A stretch of DNA of 64,000 nucleotides from Octopus vulgaris. Lineage: Eukaryota. Both the position numbers and the translations under genes were made by a program. The DNA lies in assembly GCA_951406725.2 (NCBI GenBank), contig OX597826.1, forward strand, positions 35,588,001 to 35,652,000. Reading direction: 5' to 3'. This document shows positions 25,975 to 38,632 of the stretch, one piece after another (within the stretch, counting starts at the first letter, position 1; each line of letters starts with the position of its first letter). The notes beneath the pieces are model-generated. The model searched no databases, was not told where the DNA came from, and worked only from the letters and a program-made list of their open reading frames with translations.

Positions 25975-26612
25975 AAGGTAGCATGCTAGCAGAATTGTTT
26001 CCTCACCAGACAAAATGCTTAGCAGAATTTCTTCTGACTCTTTGTATCCTGAGTTCAGACACTGCCAAGATCGATTTTACCATTCTTCCTCTGAGAGTCA
26101 ATAAAATAGGCACCAGATGAGCACTGGGGGTCGATGTAATTGACTCACCACCCCCCGAAAAAAAAAACTGCTTACCTTATGCCATAATTTGATGCCATTA
26201 CTACGATTGTGGTTATTTCGATTGGCTGGATCATTAGGACATCAGACAAAATGCCTTGTTTTATTTGTCCTATTTCTTTGTGGTCTGAGTTCAAACCCAA
26301 CTTTGCCTATCGTTCCTTTGGAGGTCAATAAAGAAAGGTAGCAGTCCAATACTGGGATCAGTTTTTTTCATGAATACATCTCCCGACTTTCAGGCCTCAT
26401 TTGGCCCAAATTAGAAACACAAGACAGGCAAATTGGAAGAATTAAGGGTATTTTTTTGAAGTTGTTTAGATTCTGAGTTCAAATCCAACAAAGGTCCATT
26501 TTGCCTTCCATTCTTTCAAGGCTAATAAAATAAATACCAGGTAAGCACACTAGTCAATGTAGTTGGCTTTCCTTCCCCTTAAAACTACTGGCCTTGTGCT
26601 AAAATAAGAAAG
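25975..26612 (+). mobile_element. Three head-to-tail decayed SINE family A copies
   Basis: Repeated ctgagttca...ttt(t/g)cc..tc..tcct..gtcaataaa motif. Confidence 0.7.
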
Positions 26613-28169
26613 GTTTATTAACAATAGTAGCAGTTGTATTAGCATTAGTAACAGCAGTAATTTTAGTAATAGAAATAGCAGCAGTAGTAGTAGTAGTAGT
26701 AGCAGCTGCAGCAGTGGTAGTAGCTTCAGCAGTAGCAGTAGTAGTAGTAGTAGCAGCAGCTGCAGCAGTGGTAGTAACTTCAGCAGTAGCAGTAGTAGTA
26801 GTAGCAGCAGCAACCACAACAAAAACAATGTTAATGTGGAAGAATAATTCTGTTTTGCCAAATCCAGGTGAGGAATCATTCAGTTTTTTTTTTTTCCCTT
26901 GACTCAATCTATGGCACAGATTTTGAAGGAAAATATTTTTGAAAGACACAGCCTCACAAAATCAACAAAGGAACCTTAACATCGATTTTCCTGTTGAATT
27001 CTAAAAATTCTGAAAATCCAAAAACATAACAATTCCAAAGTCTTTATCAAAACAGTGTTGCTTCTATTTCTCTATAAAACGGGCAGCAGCATAAAAGAAT
27101 AAGCATAGCATTGCATTTTTGGAATTTTCTCATTCTCTCTCTCTCTCTAATCAAAAGAATGAATCCATGTAAAGATGGTAATAGGCAGCAAGATACAAAA
27201 AAATAATTGTTGATTAACTAAAAACGTATTTTTTTACAGATATTTCCAATTAAAATCACTTCATTCTTGAGAAATTTGTAGAATTCTGTTATTGGTTGGC
27301 AAAAATAAAATAACTTTTAGCTGTAGAATTTGACATTGCAACATATATTCAAATAAAGGTGGGTGAAGATTTAGAAAAGAGTTAATATATTTATATCTTT
27401 GATGGAATAATAGGCACTAATGTTGGTTTGCAACCAACAAATATACCGTAATTGGTATTTATGTAAAAAGTTGTTCGTAGAAGAGATATAGAAATTTTAT
27501 GTTGGACATAAATTGGACACTTAATGAAGATAATATTTTTGAAATGAAGTCGTGTACACAAGAAAATAGACTTTCATTATTAACTTTTACAATTAATTGT
27601 GATCAAAGTAGTGAAATGGCAGAAACAATGCAACTTCAGACAACAATGTTGTGCAGTATATGTGCTGGCATTTTGCAGTCAGAGTTCAAATCCTGTTGAA
27701 GTCAAATTTAGTTCTCAACCCACCCACCCACATAAACTTCATGTCCAATACTGGGGCTGATGCATTTTCCAGCATCTCTATTAGAAATTACAATTAATAA
27801 TTAATAAATATTGTCATTAATAATTATTAAAGATTATTCTGAATTGCAACTAAGTGTTGGAAGAAGAAAGCACCAGAGAAACAACGCAGGACCAATTTAA
27901 TTAAGGGAAGAGTATAGACACGTTTCCCTAAATTTTAAACATCTATGAAGGTATTAATTCCAATTCTAACAGAAGGCTGTATTGTTAGTGAAAAAAACAT
28001 GAAAGAATTTACCTTAAAATGTGAGAACGGTGCAATGAAGAGATAAGGTCCTCATAGCTGATTTTAATATAATGGTATTTTATAGATCAAAATGGTCAGG
28101 CATGAATTTGCAATACTTGCAGAGAGCCATCTTGAATGAATAGTGATGTTAAATAGGGTTCTGCAAAAA

Positions 28170-29090
28170 TAGCTGAAACCCTATTAGTAAGAGACTATAA
28201 AGCCCGGTTATATATCTTTTGTACTTGTGGTTCCTCCTTATATAAGCCCCAAAATTTTAATAAACTTTCCATTAGGCTTATTTGACCCACTAAATCTGAT
28301 CATGGGTGCATCAGTAAGTGCATTATAAACCTGATTATCCTCATAGCAAAAAATAAGGTAAAACTTTTCCTTTGACACAGTACTGGTGATGATCTCACCA
28401 GGTTTCTCAACTTCATAGTAAATCGAATATTTACTTTTTACTGCTTGATATTTTTATGTTCTACTCCTCCATATCCCCCATTCTATTAAATGATGACCTA
28501 ATTTTCCCAAGAAAACTCACACCCTTTTCACAGTCTGACATAGACATTATCTTATTGGCTCAAAACATCCTCCTCTCTTTTAACAACAAATACTGGTCCT
28601 GAAATTCCACCATCAGCTACATTGTTGTCATCATGGGTTCCTCTCACTCTGCTCAAGTTACCAAACTAGTGTGTCTTTTACTACTATCACAAATTAATGA
28701 GCAATTCCCTCACCTCTCTGGGGTCTATAGAGGGATGATACTGTTCTCACAGCCGCAAGGATGTCAAAGCCATTGAGCATATCTGGAAAACCATCTACAA
28801 GTTTTCCATAAACCATAACCTTGCTCTCTGTTTTGAAAATAGCACTAAAGTAGCAGCCAATTCTTGGACATTACTCTTAAAATCTATCATCTACTATCCT
28901 TACTATAAGCCTCACAAGTCCTTACAATACATCAAATTCCATTCTAATCATCCTTGATCTGTTTCAATAGCATGATTAAAAGAATTTCCATTAGGATTTC
29001 CAACCTATGGATTAATGAAAATATTTTTGATAATCATGATCCTTGCTAAAGCCAGGCCCTCCAAAATAGCCATTTCCTTAAGAAGCCTTC
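28170..29090 (+). pseudogene. Decayed Penelope-like element reverse transcriptase (MGSxxxA...YRDD type)
   Basis: With frameshifts: DIFMFYSSIS, DIDIILLAQNILLSFNNKYW, VIMGSSHSAQVTKLV, a broken GLYR-DD, FLDITL, YYPYYKP, YIKFHSNHP, ISIRISNL..NENIF. Confidence 0.8.
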
Positions 29091-30129
29091 CAATATTCTC
29101 AATACTAAACTAAAAATCAGACTAGAAATTCTCTTTCTTGCAGCAAAAGAGAGCCATCTCACCAAGTTTACCCCTATCTCAAGTCCATCAACCACTTTCC
29201 AGTACATTTCTCCAGGAAACAACACAAGCCAAATCTGAGGCAGAATAAATTTCAAGCACTTCTGGCTAACTGACACAACCTCACACATGGTCCTCACATT
29301 TATAGGAGTAGAAAATGTGATATCTTATGGTCCTCATCCCTGTTCTCCCTTTCAAGTTAATTTTATACCAAAACTGTTCTAAAAAATTCCCAACTCCTAT
29401 TTCCTATCTCAGCATAATTACTACTCTATTTTGATAAATCTTCTATAAAATTTCATGCCCCCCCACCACCACCCAAAACCTTGGATCTATTAATGGCCAT
29501 TTATAGTAGGTAGAAGCTTGGCCAACTAATTACAGGCCCAGAGAATCAGTAATCGTGCTTCCACCCTAACCCTATGAATGGTAAAACTTTACCCTGGACA
29601 ACTACACGTTTACCTTAGTAATCAACTGAACACACCTAATCCTAACCCCTAAAAGTAGCATCATTAGGACCAGTAACTATGATGAAACAAATTCAAAACA
29701 TTATGCCCCTTCCTTAGGGACACACATTAAAACCAGACTTGTTTTTTGAGGGCATCATACCAATGGCACATCATCCAACAATGCCTTGGATGTGTTAGAC
29801 TCTGCTGTAGGCCTTTAAAGTAAAGAATTTTCTAGTGTGAGTTGCCTTGGTTCCAGAATTAATAACATCCATGACAACTACTGTGGACTTGGGTCCACAA
29901 TAAGCATAAACCCAACTTACCCTTCCCTCAATATGCTAATCCAATCCACCCTAAAAAACTGAATTTAATAGCCTTGTTTCGACCAATAAGATAAATGATA
30001 TTTATCATCATCATATACATATATCAAATGTGTATTCTATACGCATAATGCAGACACTTCTGGCTGTCTCTTTGTATGTATATGTTAGTGTGTGGAGGCA
30101 GGTTGGTATAAACATGTGTACATGTATGT

Positions 30130-30933
30130 ATGGAATTTGTATCTTTGTGGTACCAGTGCCGGTGGCACACAAGAAAACCATCCGAACGTGGCCGTAGCCA
30201 GTACCACATCGACTGGCCTCCGTGCTGTGGGCACGTAACAAACACCATCCGATCGTGGCCGTTCGCCAGCCTCATCTGGCACCTATGTCGGTGGCACATA
30301 AAAACACCATCCGAAGACCCGGCAAGACTAGTCAGGCCATAACCCGTGGCCCCTACCTGGGACGTAGTCAGTCCACCTGTGCTTACCTTCCTTCTTGTGA
30401 CACTTGTGAAGACCTGTTGAGGCAAGTGAAAATCAAATCAAAACAAATCAAAATAGATGAACATCAATGGAATTTGTATCTTTGTGGTACCAGTGCCGGT
30501 GGCACGTGGCACACAAGAAAACCATCCGAACGTGGCCGTAGCCAGTACCGCATCGATTGGCCTCCGTGCTGTGGGCACGTAACAAACACCATCCGATCGT
30601 GGCCGTTTGCCAGCCTCATCTGGCACCTGTGTCGGTGGCACATAAAAACACCATCCGAGCGTGGCCGTCTGCCAGCCTCGTCTGGCACCTGTGTCGGTGG
30701 CACATAAAAAACACCATCCGAGCGTGGCCGTTTGCCAGCCTCGTCTGGCACCTGTGTCGGTGGCACATAAAATCACCCACTACACTCTCGGAGTGGTTGG
30801 CGTTAGGAAGGGCATCCAGCTGTGGAAACACTGCCAGATCTGACTGGACTGGTGCAGCCTTCGGGCTCCCCAGACCCCAGTTGAACCGTCCAACCCATGC
30901 TAGCATGGAAAGCGGACGTTAAATGATGATGAT
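30130..30933 (+). mobile_element. Young-looking family D element with internal duplication and 62-63-bp tandem modules
   Basis: 30130-30314 repeated at 30467-30658; modules start at 30587, 30649, 30712; ends aggaagggcatccagc...ggacgttaaatgatgatgat; CpG-rich. Confidence 0.85.
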
Positions 30934-31011
30934 AAGTATGTGTGTGTATCTCTTTCTCTGTAATACATACATACATATATATATATAGATATATATACAC
31001 ACACACATATA

Positions 31012-31205
31012 TAGTGAACATTTTCAGAAAAACAAAAGACGAAGATGGGTGTGTAAACAACAAACAAATGTATTAGTTTAACGCTCAGGAAGTGAGAAAG
31101 GCTGTTACGTTTCGAGCCTATGCTCTTCGACAGAAAGGAACACAAATAAACAGAGAGAGAATAATAAAAAAAAGGTTTAGCGGCTAGCGATCAATCATGG
31201 CGAAA
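31012..31205 (-). mobile_element. PLE-type short repeat with degenerate hammerhead-like motif
   Basis: Minus 31138-31100: cctttCTGTCGAagagcataggctcGAAAcgTAacagc; flanked by TA/CA repeats. Confidence 0.55.
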
Positions 31206-32315
31206 CACATATACATGCACACACACACACATATGTATGTATGCATGTATAGATAGTCAGACAGATAGAAAGATAAGTACACACCCCCTACATTATATAT
31301 GGGGGGAGAGTGTCTGCAAAAGCCTACACATTTTGTGAAATCTCTCTCCAAAGGTTAGTGTCTTTCAACTTTCTAAAAAGGTTCTTTTATCAATCATAAC
31401 TCTTTGAGAAAAAATCTTCTCTACAAATATTATAACTATATCAAGGAATTTCCAAAACACTCCAAATATATATATATATATATATATACATATATAAATA
31501 TATATATATATATATGTACACAGACATTTGGAAACACATAAATATGTATATATCATAATGTCATGTTATTCATGTTTGTTGGTTGAGAGCAGTTACAAAG
31601 TCTTTGGGTCACCCTGACCTTTTCCTGCAGATAATATATGCTAGAATATCAGGATTAGAGAACTGATAGCATTAAAAATTAATTGATTAAAAATACTAAA
31701 ATTGTTCATAACCACTCTTTCTCTTTCTCCTCTGTCTCTTTCTCCCTCTCTCTCATCTTCTTTTTCTATTTCCTCTTATTTCTATTCTTGACCATCATTA
31801 TCTAACATACCTTCGCTTTCTGGAGGTTCTAATTGTGTATTCAAGTTTGGCATAAATTTAGATATTAACATGTGTTTTTTGAAGATTTCTGTCTCTCTGC
31901 AAGGTTATTTAAGTTCTTCCTATACTTTCTTATATTTTTATATATAAACTGAATCATGTATATGTTTAGATTCATTTCGTATATGGTGTAATCTTGCGCA
32001 TTGCTAGCCTCTCAAGTCTAATAATACCTCATAATCTTAATTACCTCACATTGGACGGTAATCTTAGCAAACATTATCATCATCATCATAATTTTACATG
32101 TTTACATTGATCAGCTCAACTGAAGTTTTTTATTACTTTCCTATTGCAAATATATATATACACACACACACACATATATATGTATGTATCTATGTATATA
32201 TATGTATGTACATATACATATACATATTATTTATATTATTATTTGATTGAACGCCACACATCCATTTCGAAGGAGTTTATCTTAATATTTTTGATGCAAC
32301 TCTACTCTTTACTGT

Positions 32316-32346
<31 letters not shown>

Positions 32347-32958
32347 TTTGTTTTCTCTCTTATCCTTTCTCTAATTCTTTTTCTCCCCTTCACTGTCTTC
32401 TATCTCTCTCTCTCCCTCTTCCTCCTTTAATCTATCTCATTGCTCACACGCGACCATTGTCCATCTTTCTTTTCCTCATGTGATCATCTTTCTTTTCCTT
32501 CAGTGCTGTCATACAGACTATCTCCTCTTCTATCTTTTCTCTAGTCAAAGACAATATTTCTCCAGCGTTCACTACTTTACCTCATCTGGTCTATCGACCC
32601 CCACCACCACCACCACCATGTTTATTTTCGTTCGGTTTCTTTATATGTCTTCACTGTGCTGTTTTTGTTACCAACTTTGACCCTCTGCAAATCCCAAATT
32701 TTATTTTGGTTCACAGGAGCAACTGCTTTCAAAGTCTTATACTGTTGTTCAGTGAACGAAATAAGGAGTAGAAGGATAACCAACAACTGATGAAGGGTCG
32801 TTTTTTATGTTATTTGGATTGTTTTCCATTTGTTTCTCTCGCTGTTTTCATACCCAACTTTTTTTCATATTTCATGTTGTTTACATTTTATGATGCCTTG
32901 TACCCATATATGTATATCTAGAAACATATGTATGTATGTACATATATGTAAGTATGTA

Positions 32959-32989
<31 letters not shown>

Positions 32990-33124
32990 TGATGGACAAC
33001 TCTTACTATATTCCTCACATTGTATTGTAATTGGTTGCGCTAATTGGTGGATTACCTTAAATAAAATACATCTTAGAAGCAATAAGCAATGATATGTATA
33101 AATACAAAATTCTTACCAGTTCAG

Positions 33125-33400
33125 ATATGTTTGAGGTATATTTGAACCCATCAGAAAGTCAGTCACTATTTTCCATTAGAAACAAAATTTCTCACTCTAA
33201 ACTCGCAAGTATGCAATACCTACTCGAGATACCATCTAACCAGACTGATGGATGCAAGCATTTTGGAATGGTTATCTCCTCATCAGCATCAGATACGAGA
33301 AAAAGAAAATAGTTTGATTTGACTCCATGTAGCTTAAAGTTTCAAAGACGTCTTACAAATATCTACCTCATTGGACTCAGGAAACCAAATGGAGAAGTAC
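33125..33400 (+). mobile_element. Highly decayed RTE-like RT fragment
   Basis: VYLNPSES...IPSNQTDGCKHFGMVISSSASDTRKRK resembles the RTE pattern L.LN..K...PL.QVDDFKYLGS.I.SS..DI..RK. Confidence 0.5.
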
Positions 33401-33547
33401 AGGAAGTCTAAAATGGCTACTGAAAAGGTGGGTCACATGGTGTTATCAGAAGTGTAATAAAAAATTTGACAATAGCAAATACATTAAAACTGAGAATTTC
33501 TTAGACTTTTTGAGCAGACAGAAAGCTGGTGTCATCCATGTGTGTGT

Positions 33548-33718
33548 TTGTGCAGAAAAGTTCCTGGTTTTTGGTAAAAGAAAATACAGAAGGATCAGTT
33601 ATTTATGATTTTATTGAACATATTCCCCTCTCAGATTCGCACACTACAGCAGTCCTTCAGTTTTTTGAAGCTTTGTAAAATGACCTCAAAAGGTTGGGCC
33701 TTGAACTTTCCAGCATCT
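33548..33718. mobile_element. Mariner-type terminal fragment/MITE
   Basis: gcagaaaagttcctgg... and ...gaactttccagca imperfect terminal inverted match. Confidence 0.45.
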
Positions 33719-33745
33719 CTTTGTACAATGTTTCTCTCTCTATCT

Positions 33746-33796
<51 letters not shown>

Positions 33797-33897
33797 TCAC
33801 TCTCTCTATGTGTATATACATATTTTTCTGCTTATATACGTGATTGTATATATAGGAACCCCAGTTGGTTGATTTTTCAGGTGGTTGGGGCCATACT

Positions 33898-34212
33898 GGT
33901 ACTCCATAATTTACGAGGGGTGCCAGTTGATCCAATCAGTGGAACTGCCTGGTCATGAAATTAACATACAAGTGGCTGAGTACTCCACAGACACATGTAC
34001 TCTTAACGTAGTTCTCAGGGAGATTCAGTGTGGCACAGAGTGTGATGAAGATGGCCCTTTGAAATACAGGTATTACTCATTTTTGCCAGCTGAGTGGACT
34101 GGAGCAATGTGAAATAAAGTGTCTTGCTCAAGGATACAATGTGTCACCAGGAATTGAACTCATGACCTTACAATCGTGAGCCAAATAATCTAACCACTAA
34201 GCCATGTGCCTT
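33898..34212 (-). mobile_element. SINE family C (tRNA head, CORE-like ccttgagcaagacactt)
   Basis: Homologous to 57835-58157 and 62991-63316. Confidence 0.85.
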
Positions 34213-34740
34213 CATGGTGGCGATATAACTGAGGCTATAATTTTGTTAAAACATCCTTTTATTCAATACAAGCACCCAATGCCTTGTTTGGACAATTGTA
34301 AATCCCATGAAAGACTCACCCATTGAAGATTTATTCTAAAATGAAATAAGGGGGAGATAAATATGTGTGGTAAATATATTCTGGTGGAAGTTTAGTGATC
34401 TGGGGTGAGGTAGATTCAGCCAAATTCATGCAATAATAGATATTTTTAGGATATTTTACTCTGGACTAAGCAAATTGATGTCATAATTACTATGAGGAAG
34501 GATTTTGGAAATATTTTAATTATTATCCTCATAACAGTGTGGTCTCTGTTGATCCTGACCACCTGAAAAATGAATTCAGAAGGAAATAAAAAATGGGAAA
34601 AAGTATTTCTTCTCTTGCTTTGTTTTCATATATTTTTAACAGAAAAACTTAATAAATGGCAATGGTAAGAAAACAATATCAACATGGATATGAGGATGGA
34701 ATTTTATTAGCAACAAGGTCTCAGAGATTCACAAAACAAT

Positions 34741-34990
34741 GTAGTAGTAGTAGTAGTAGTAGTAGTAGCAGCAGCAGCAGAGCTGGTGTGGTAATAGTAG
34801 TAGTAGTGGTGGTTGTAATAATAATAATGATGATGATAATGAAGAAGAAGAAGAAGAAGAAGAAGAAGAAGAAGAAGAAGAAGAAGAAGAAGAAGAAGAA
34901 GAAGAAGGAGAAGAAGGAGAAGAAGAGGAGGGACAACAACAACAACCACAACAGCCAAAATAAGGAAAACAACAACAGCAACAACAACTA
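34741..34990. repeat. Compound trinucleotide microsatellite (TAG, CAG, AAT, GAA, CAA)
   Basis: Direct tandem runs. Confidence 0.95.
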
Positions 34991-35841
34991 ACTAAGAAGT
35001 AAATGCCAGCCTTTATTCTTTCTCTGCTTGATAAATGGTTTTCCATCTGTGACAGACTTTGCCAAATATTTGACATGTTTTATCATCAATATTGTTTTTA
35101 TTGATATTTTTGGTTTCTTGCTCTTGTTACTGTTGTTGTTGTTGTTATTGTTAGCATTTTTTGTTATTTTCTTTTTTATTACAATTATCAATATCGAATA
35201 GAGACCATTGGTGCCATCTTCAGCATCCTCGCTGTTATCATAATCATCATCAACATCAGATTTTGTTATCATCATCCTCATCATCATCATCATCATTGGC
35301 ATCTGGCATCATTCTCACTATTGTCATTATTATCATCGTCATCATAATTATCCTCCACCTCGCCACCTCCTCTTCCTCCCAACCTCCTCCTCATCAACAT
35401 GATCATCATCATCATAAATTTTAAGAAACTGTATTAGTTTTGTAATATTGTCATTATCATTATTATTATTATTATCATCATCTTGATCAGTTTGTTGTTA
35501 TTGGTTCTCTCATTAATACAATTATCTTAATTTCCTATTGTCGTTGTTTCTTTCATATTTCCTTCTTCTAATTATCCACCTGTTTCTCATTTTCTTGAAA
35601 CTCTCACATGATTTCCCAGATCACAACAAAAGTTTATTAATCCAGCATCACACAAACATGTCAGTTTTTGTCTTTCTTCCTCCAGAAATCTTAATGGATC
35701 CTTGTTTAATAAACAAAATATGTTGCCATTGACTACAATTTCCTCCACCCACACAACGCCCACCACTGACCTTTGTGGTTACAAAAGGTCAACAAGGACA
35801 GTCATCTTGACCTTATTTTGAAGATAATATTTTTGTTCCAA

Positions 35842-36250
35842 GATGCTAAGCTGGTAGAAACGTTAGCACACTGGGCAAAATGCTTAGCGGTATTTCATGT
35901 ATTTACGTTCTGAGTTCAATTACCACCGAGGTCAACTTTGCCTTTCATCCTTTCAGGGTCGATCAAGTAAGTACCAGTTATATACTGGAGTCAACGTAAT
36001 CGACTTAATCCCTTTATCTGTCCTTGTGTGTCCCCTGTATGTTTAACCCTTTGAGGGAAATAAAGAAATAATTATTTTGGGACAAAATGCTTTCATCTGT
36101 CTTTACGTTCTGAGTTCAAATTCTGCCTGGTCGACTTTACCATTCGTCCTTTCAAGGTCAATAAATTTAGTACCAGTTGCATACTGGGGTTGATCTAATC
36201 AACTAGCCCCCTCCCCAAAAATTTTGGGCCTTGTGCTTAGAGCAGAAATG
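35842..36250 (+). mobile_element. Two SINE family A units (tail ii then tail i) inside one 16-bp direct repeat
   Basis: aatatttttgttccaa at 35826-35841 and 36251-36266. Confidence 0.85.
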
Positions 36251-36680
36251 AATATTTTTGTTCCAAATTTTGCCATTCCCATTTCCTGACATTGTCTGTT
36301 TTATTCGTTTGTTTAATTGCTTTTACCAAATGTTTCAACAATTGCTTGTATTTATTTCTCTGCTACACTCAACCCACCCCACTGGCAGTCGAGAATATAC
36401 CACTTATTCATTGAAGTCTATCCACTAAAGAATACATTCTTTTCTACTCTATGCACAAGGACCAAAAATTTGGAGGAGGGGGCCAGTCCACTAGATCACC
36501 ACCACCCCCACTTAAGTATTTCACCCAGCATGCTAACCTTTCTGCCTGCTCACTGCCTTTAAAATATTTTTCCTACTCTAAACACAAAGGCTAAAATTTT
36601 GGGTGAAGGAGTAAGTCAGATTGACCCCAGTACACAACTGATACTTAATTTATCGACCCCCACCTTCCTCTAAAGAAGAT

Positions 36681-37086
36681 GAGTGGCTGTGTGGTAAGTA
36701 GCTTGCTAACCAACCACATGGTTCCGGGTTCAGTCCCACTGTGTGACATCTTGGGCAAATGTCTTGTGCTATAGCCCCGGGCCAACTAATGCCTTGTGAG
36801 TGGATTTGGTAGACGGAAACTGAAAGAAGCCTATCGTATATATCTATATATATATGTGTGTGTGTGTGTTTGTGTGTCTGTGTTTGTCTCCCTAGCATTG
36901 CTTGACATCCGATGCTGGTGTTTTTACGTCCCCGTCACTTAGCGGTTCGGCAAAAGAGACCGATAGAATAAGTACTGGGCTTACAAAGAATAAGTCCTGG
37001 GGTCGATTTGCTCGACTAAAGGCGGTGCTCCAGCATGGCCGCAGTCAAATGACTGAAACAAGTAAAAGAGAAAGAGAAAGAGAGAA
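36681..37086 (+). mobile_element. SINE family B, well-preserved copy
   Basis: tggctgtgtggtaag A-box-like, gggttcagtccc B-box-like, internal microsatellite, ggcggtgctccagcatggccgcag..tgactgaaacaag tail; a decayed partial copy follows at ~37200-37455. Confidence 0.9.
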
Positions 37087-37479
37087 TACTCTCATGATTT
37101 ATTCATTCTGTATTCTCACAACTGGCTGATGAATGGTCATGCCATACTGAGAATAACAGTTGGTCAAGACTTAAGTAAAATAGTATGTATATAAATACAT
37201 GGACACAGGCATGAATGTGTGGTAGGTAAGATGTTTGCTTCCCAGCCACATGGATCTGGGTTCAGTCCCACTGCATAACACCTTTGCTGAGTGCCTTCTA
37301 CAATAGCCAAAGGCCAACCAAAGCCTTGTGGGTGGATTTGGTTGATTGAAACTGAAAGAAGCCCATTGTGTGTGTGTATGTTTGTCTCCTGCCATTACAT
37401 GACAATTGGTGTTGGTTTGTTTATGTCCCCCATAACTTAGAATAAGTACCAAACTTAAAAAAACTTTTATACTTCATTT

Positions 37480-38632
37480 AATTTTCAAAATGAAGATAAA
37501 CAAAGTTCTTATACTCTCCTTCATTTTCTACAATGTTCTTCCAGTAAATATTCCTCCAGTGCTGTTCTGACCTTGTCTACAGAATTCATATTTTTTCTGT
37601 CCAATTTATTTTGAAGACTGTGGAATAAATGATAATCAGATAGAGCAATGTCCAGCGAATATAATGGGTTTCCCATTCAAACTACTCTAGTCTTTGGAAT
37701 GTCATCTTTGCTGTATGTGGCCGAGCATTATCCTGATGGAAGAACACCTTTCATCTTGAAACCAAAGATGGTTGTTCTTCTTTTAGTGCTGACTTAAGCC
37801 ATTCAAGCTCCTTGCAGTAGCTCTCCTTTGTTAGAATTTGGCTTTGGTTTAAAACTTCAGAGTGGACTAAACTTTTCATATACCACCAAACAGATAACAA
37901 TATCTTATGTGGGTGAAGAGCTTCTGCAGCCTAGGGTTCTGGTGTTTCTCCTTTCCCTACCCACTGTCTTCACATTTTTATAAAGAATTCATTTCTCATC
38001 ACCAGTCACTAAATAGGTTCATTCATGAGATGTGACAGCAAAGAAGTGCACACATTCACTCTCTGTGTGTGATTAGAGTAGGAAATTTTGTGAGGTACCT
38101 ATTGATCCAATTTGCTGACTTTTCCAATGGCATGCAGGTGTCAATGAAAGGTTGAATGACCAAACCTAAGTTTCTCTGCTAATTCCTCAACAGTTACAAT
38201 GGGATTTTGTTCCACCAGGGTTTGCAGGACATCCTCGTCAGGATCTACTGATCTTTCAGAGAATGAGGCTCATCTTCTAGGCTGTTATTTTCAGCTCAGA
38301 ATTTCTGGAACCACCATTGACATTGGCTTATGCTTATTATCCAATTCCCATATACTACATTAATATTCCTCACTCTTTCTGTTGCATGGTTGCCTTTATT
38401 GAACTCATAAAGCAAAATATGCTAAATATGTTCCTTTGTTACTTCCATTATAGCTTTGAAAAAATAGCTGTTAAAATCGAACTGCACTCTTCAAAATTTG
38501 CACTAAGAATAAGTACAAGGTAAAATTACTCTCTGCTTTTATAGCAAGTTGATGCAAGTAGTTTATCCCATCCCCCTCTGACTTTTAGTTCATGCAACTG
38601 AAAAAATTGCATTATTTATGGGATGACCCAAT
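37480..38632 (-). mobile_element. Decayed Tc1/mariner transposon (transposase pseudogene)
   Basis: KVFFHQDNARPHTAKMT and SDYHLFHSLQN motifs; TIR-like attgggtcatcccataaataatgc at 38609-38632. Confidence 0.9.

Noticed and set aside
30580-30770. CRISPR-like periodic repeats
   Set aside because: Whole 62-63-bp units repeat with no unique spacers, there are no cas genes, and the context is eukaryotic
33123-33144. miR-190-like sequence agatatgtttgaggtatatttg
   Set aside because: Two-base insertion relative to the recalled mature sequence and no complementary star arm
33117-33418. Minus-strand exon bounded by ttttcag and gtaaga
   Set aside because: Multiple stop codons, and the plus strand looks like a decayed RTE fragment
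35767-35791. tgacct...aggtca everted nuclear-receptor half-sites
   Set aside because: A single short palindrome expected by chance; no supporting context
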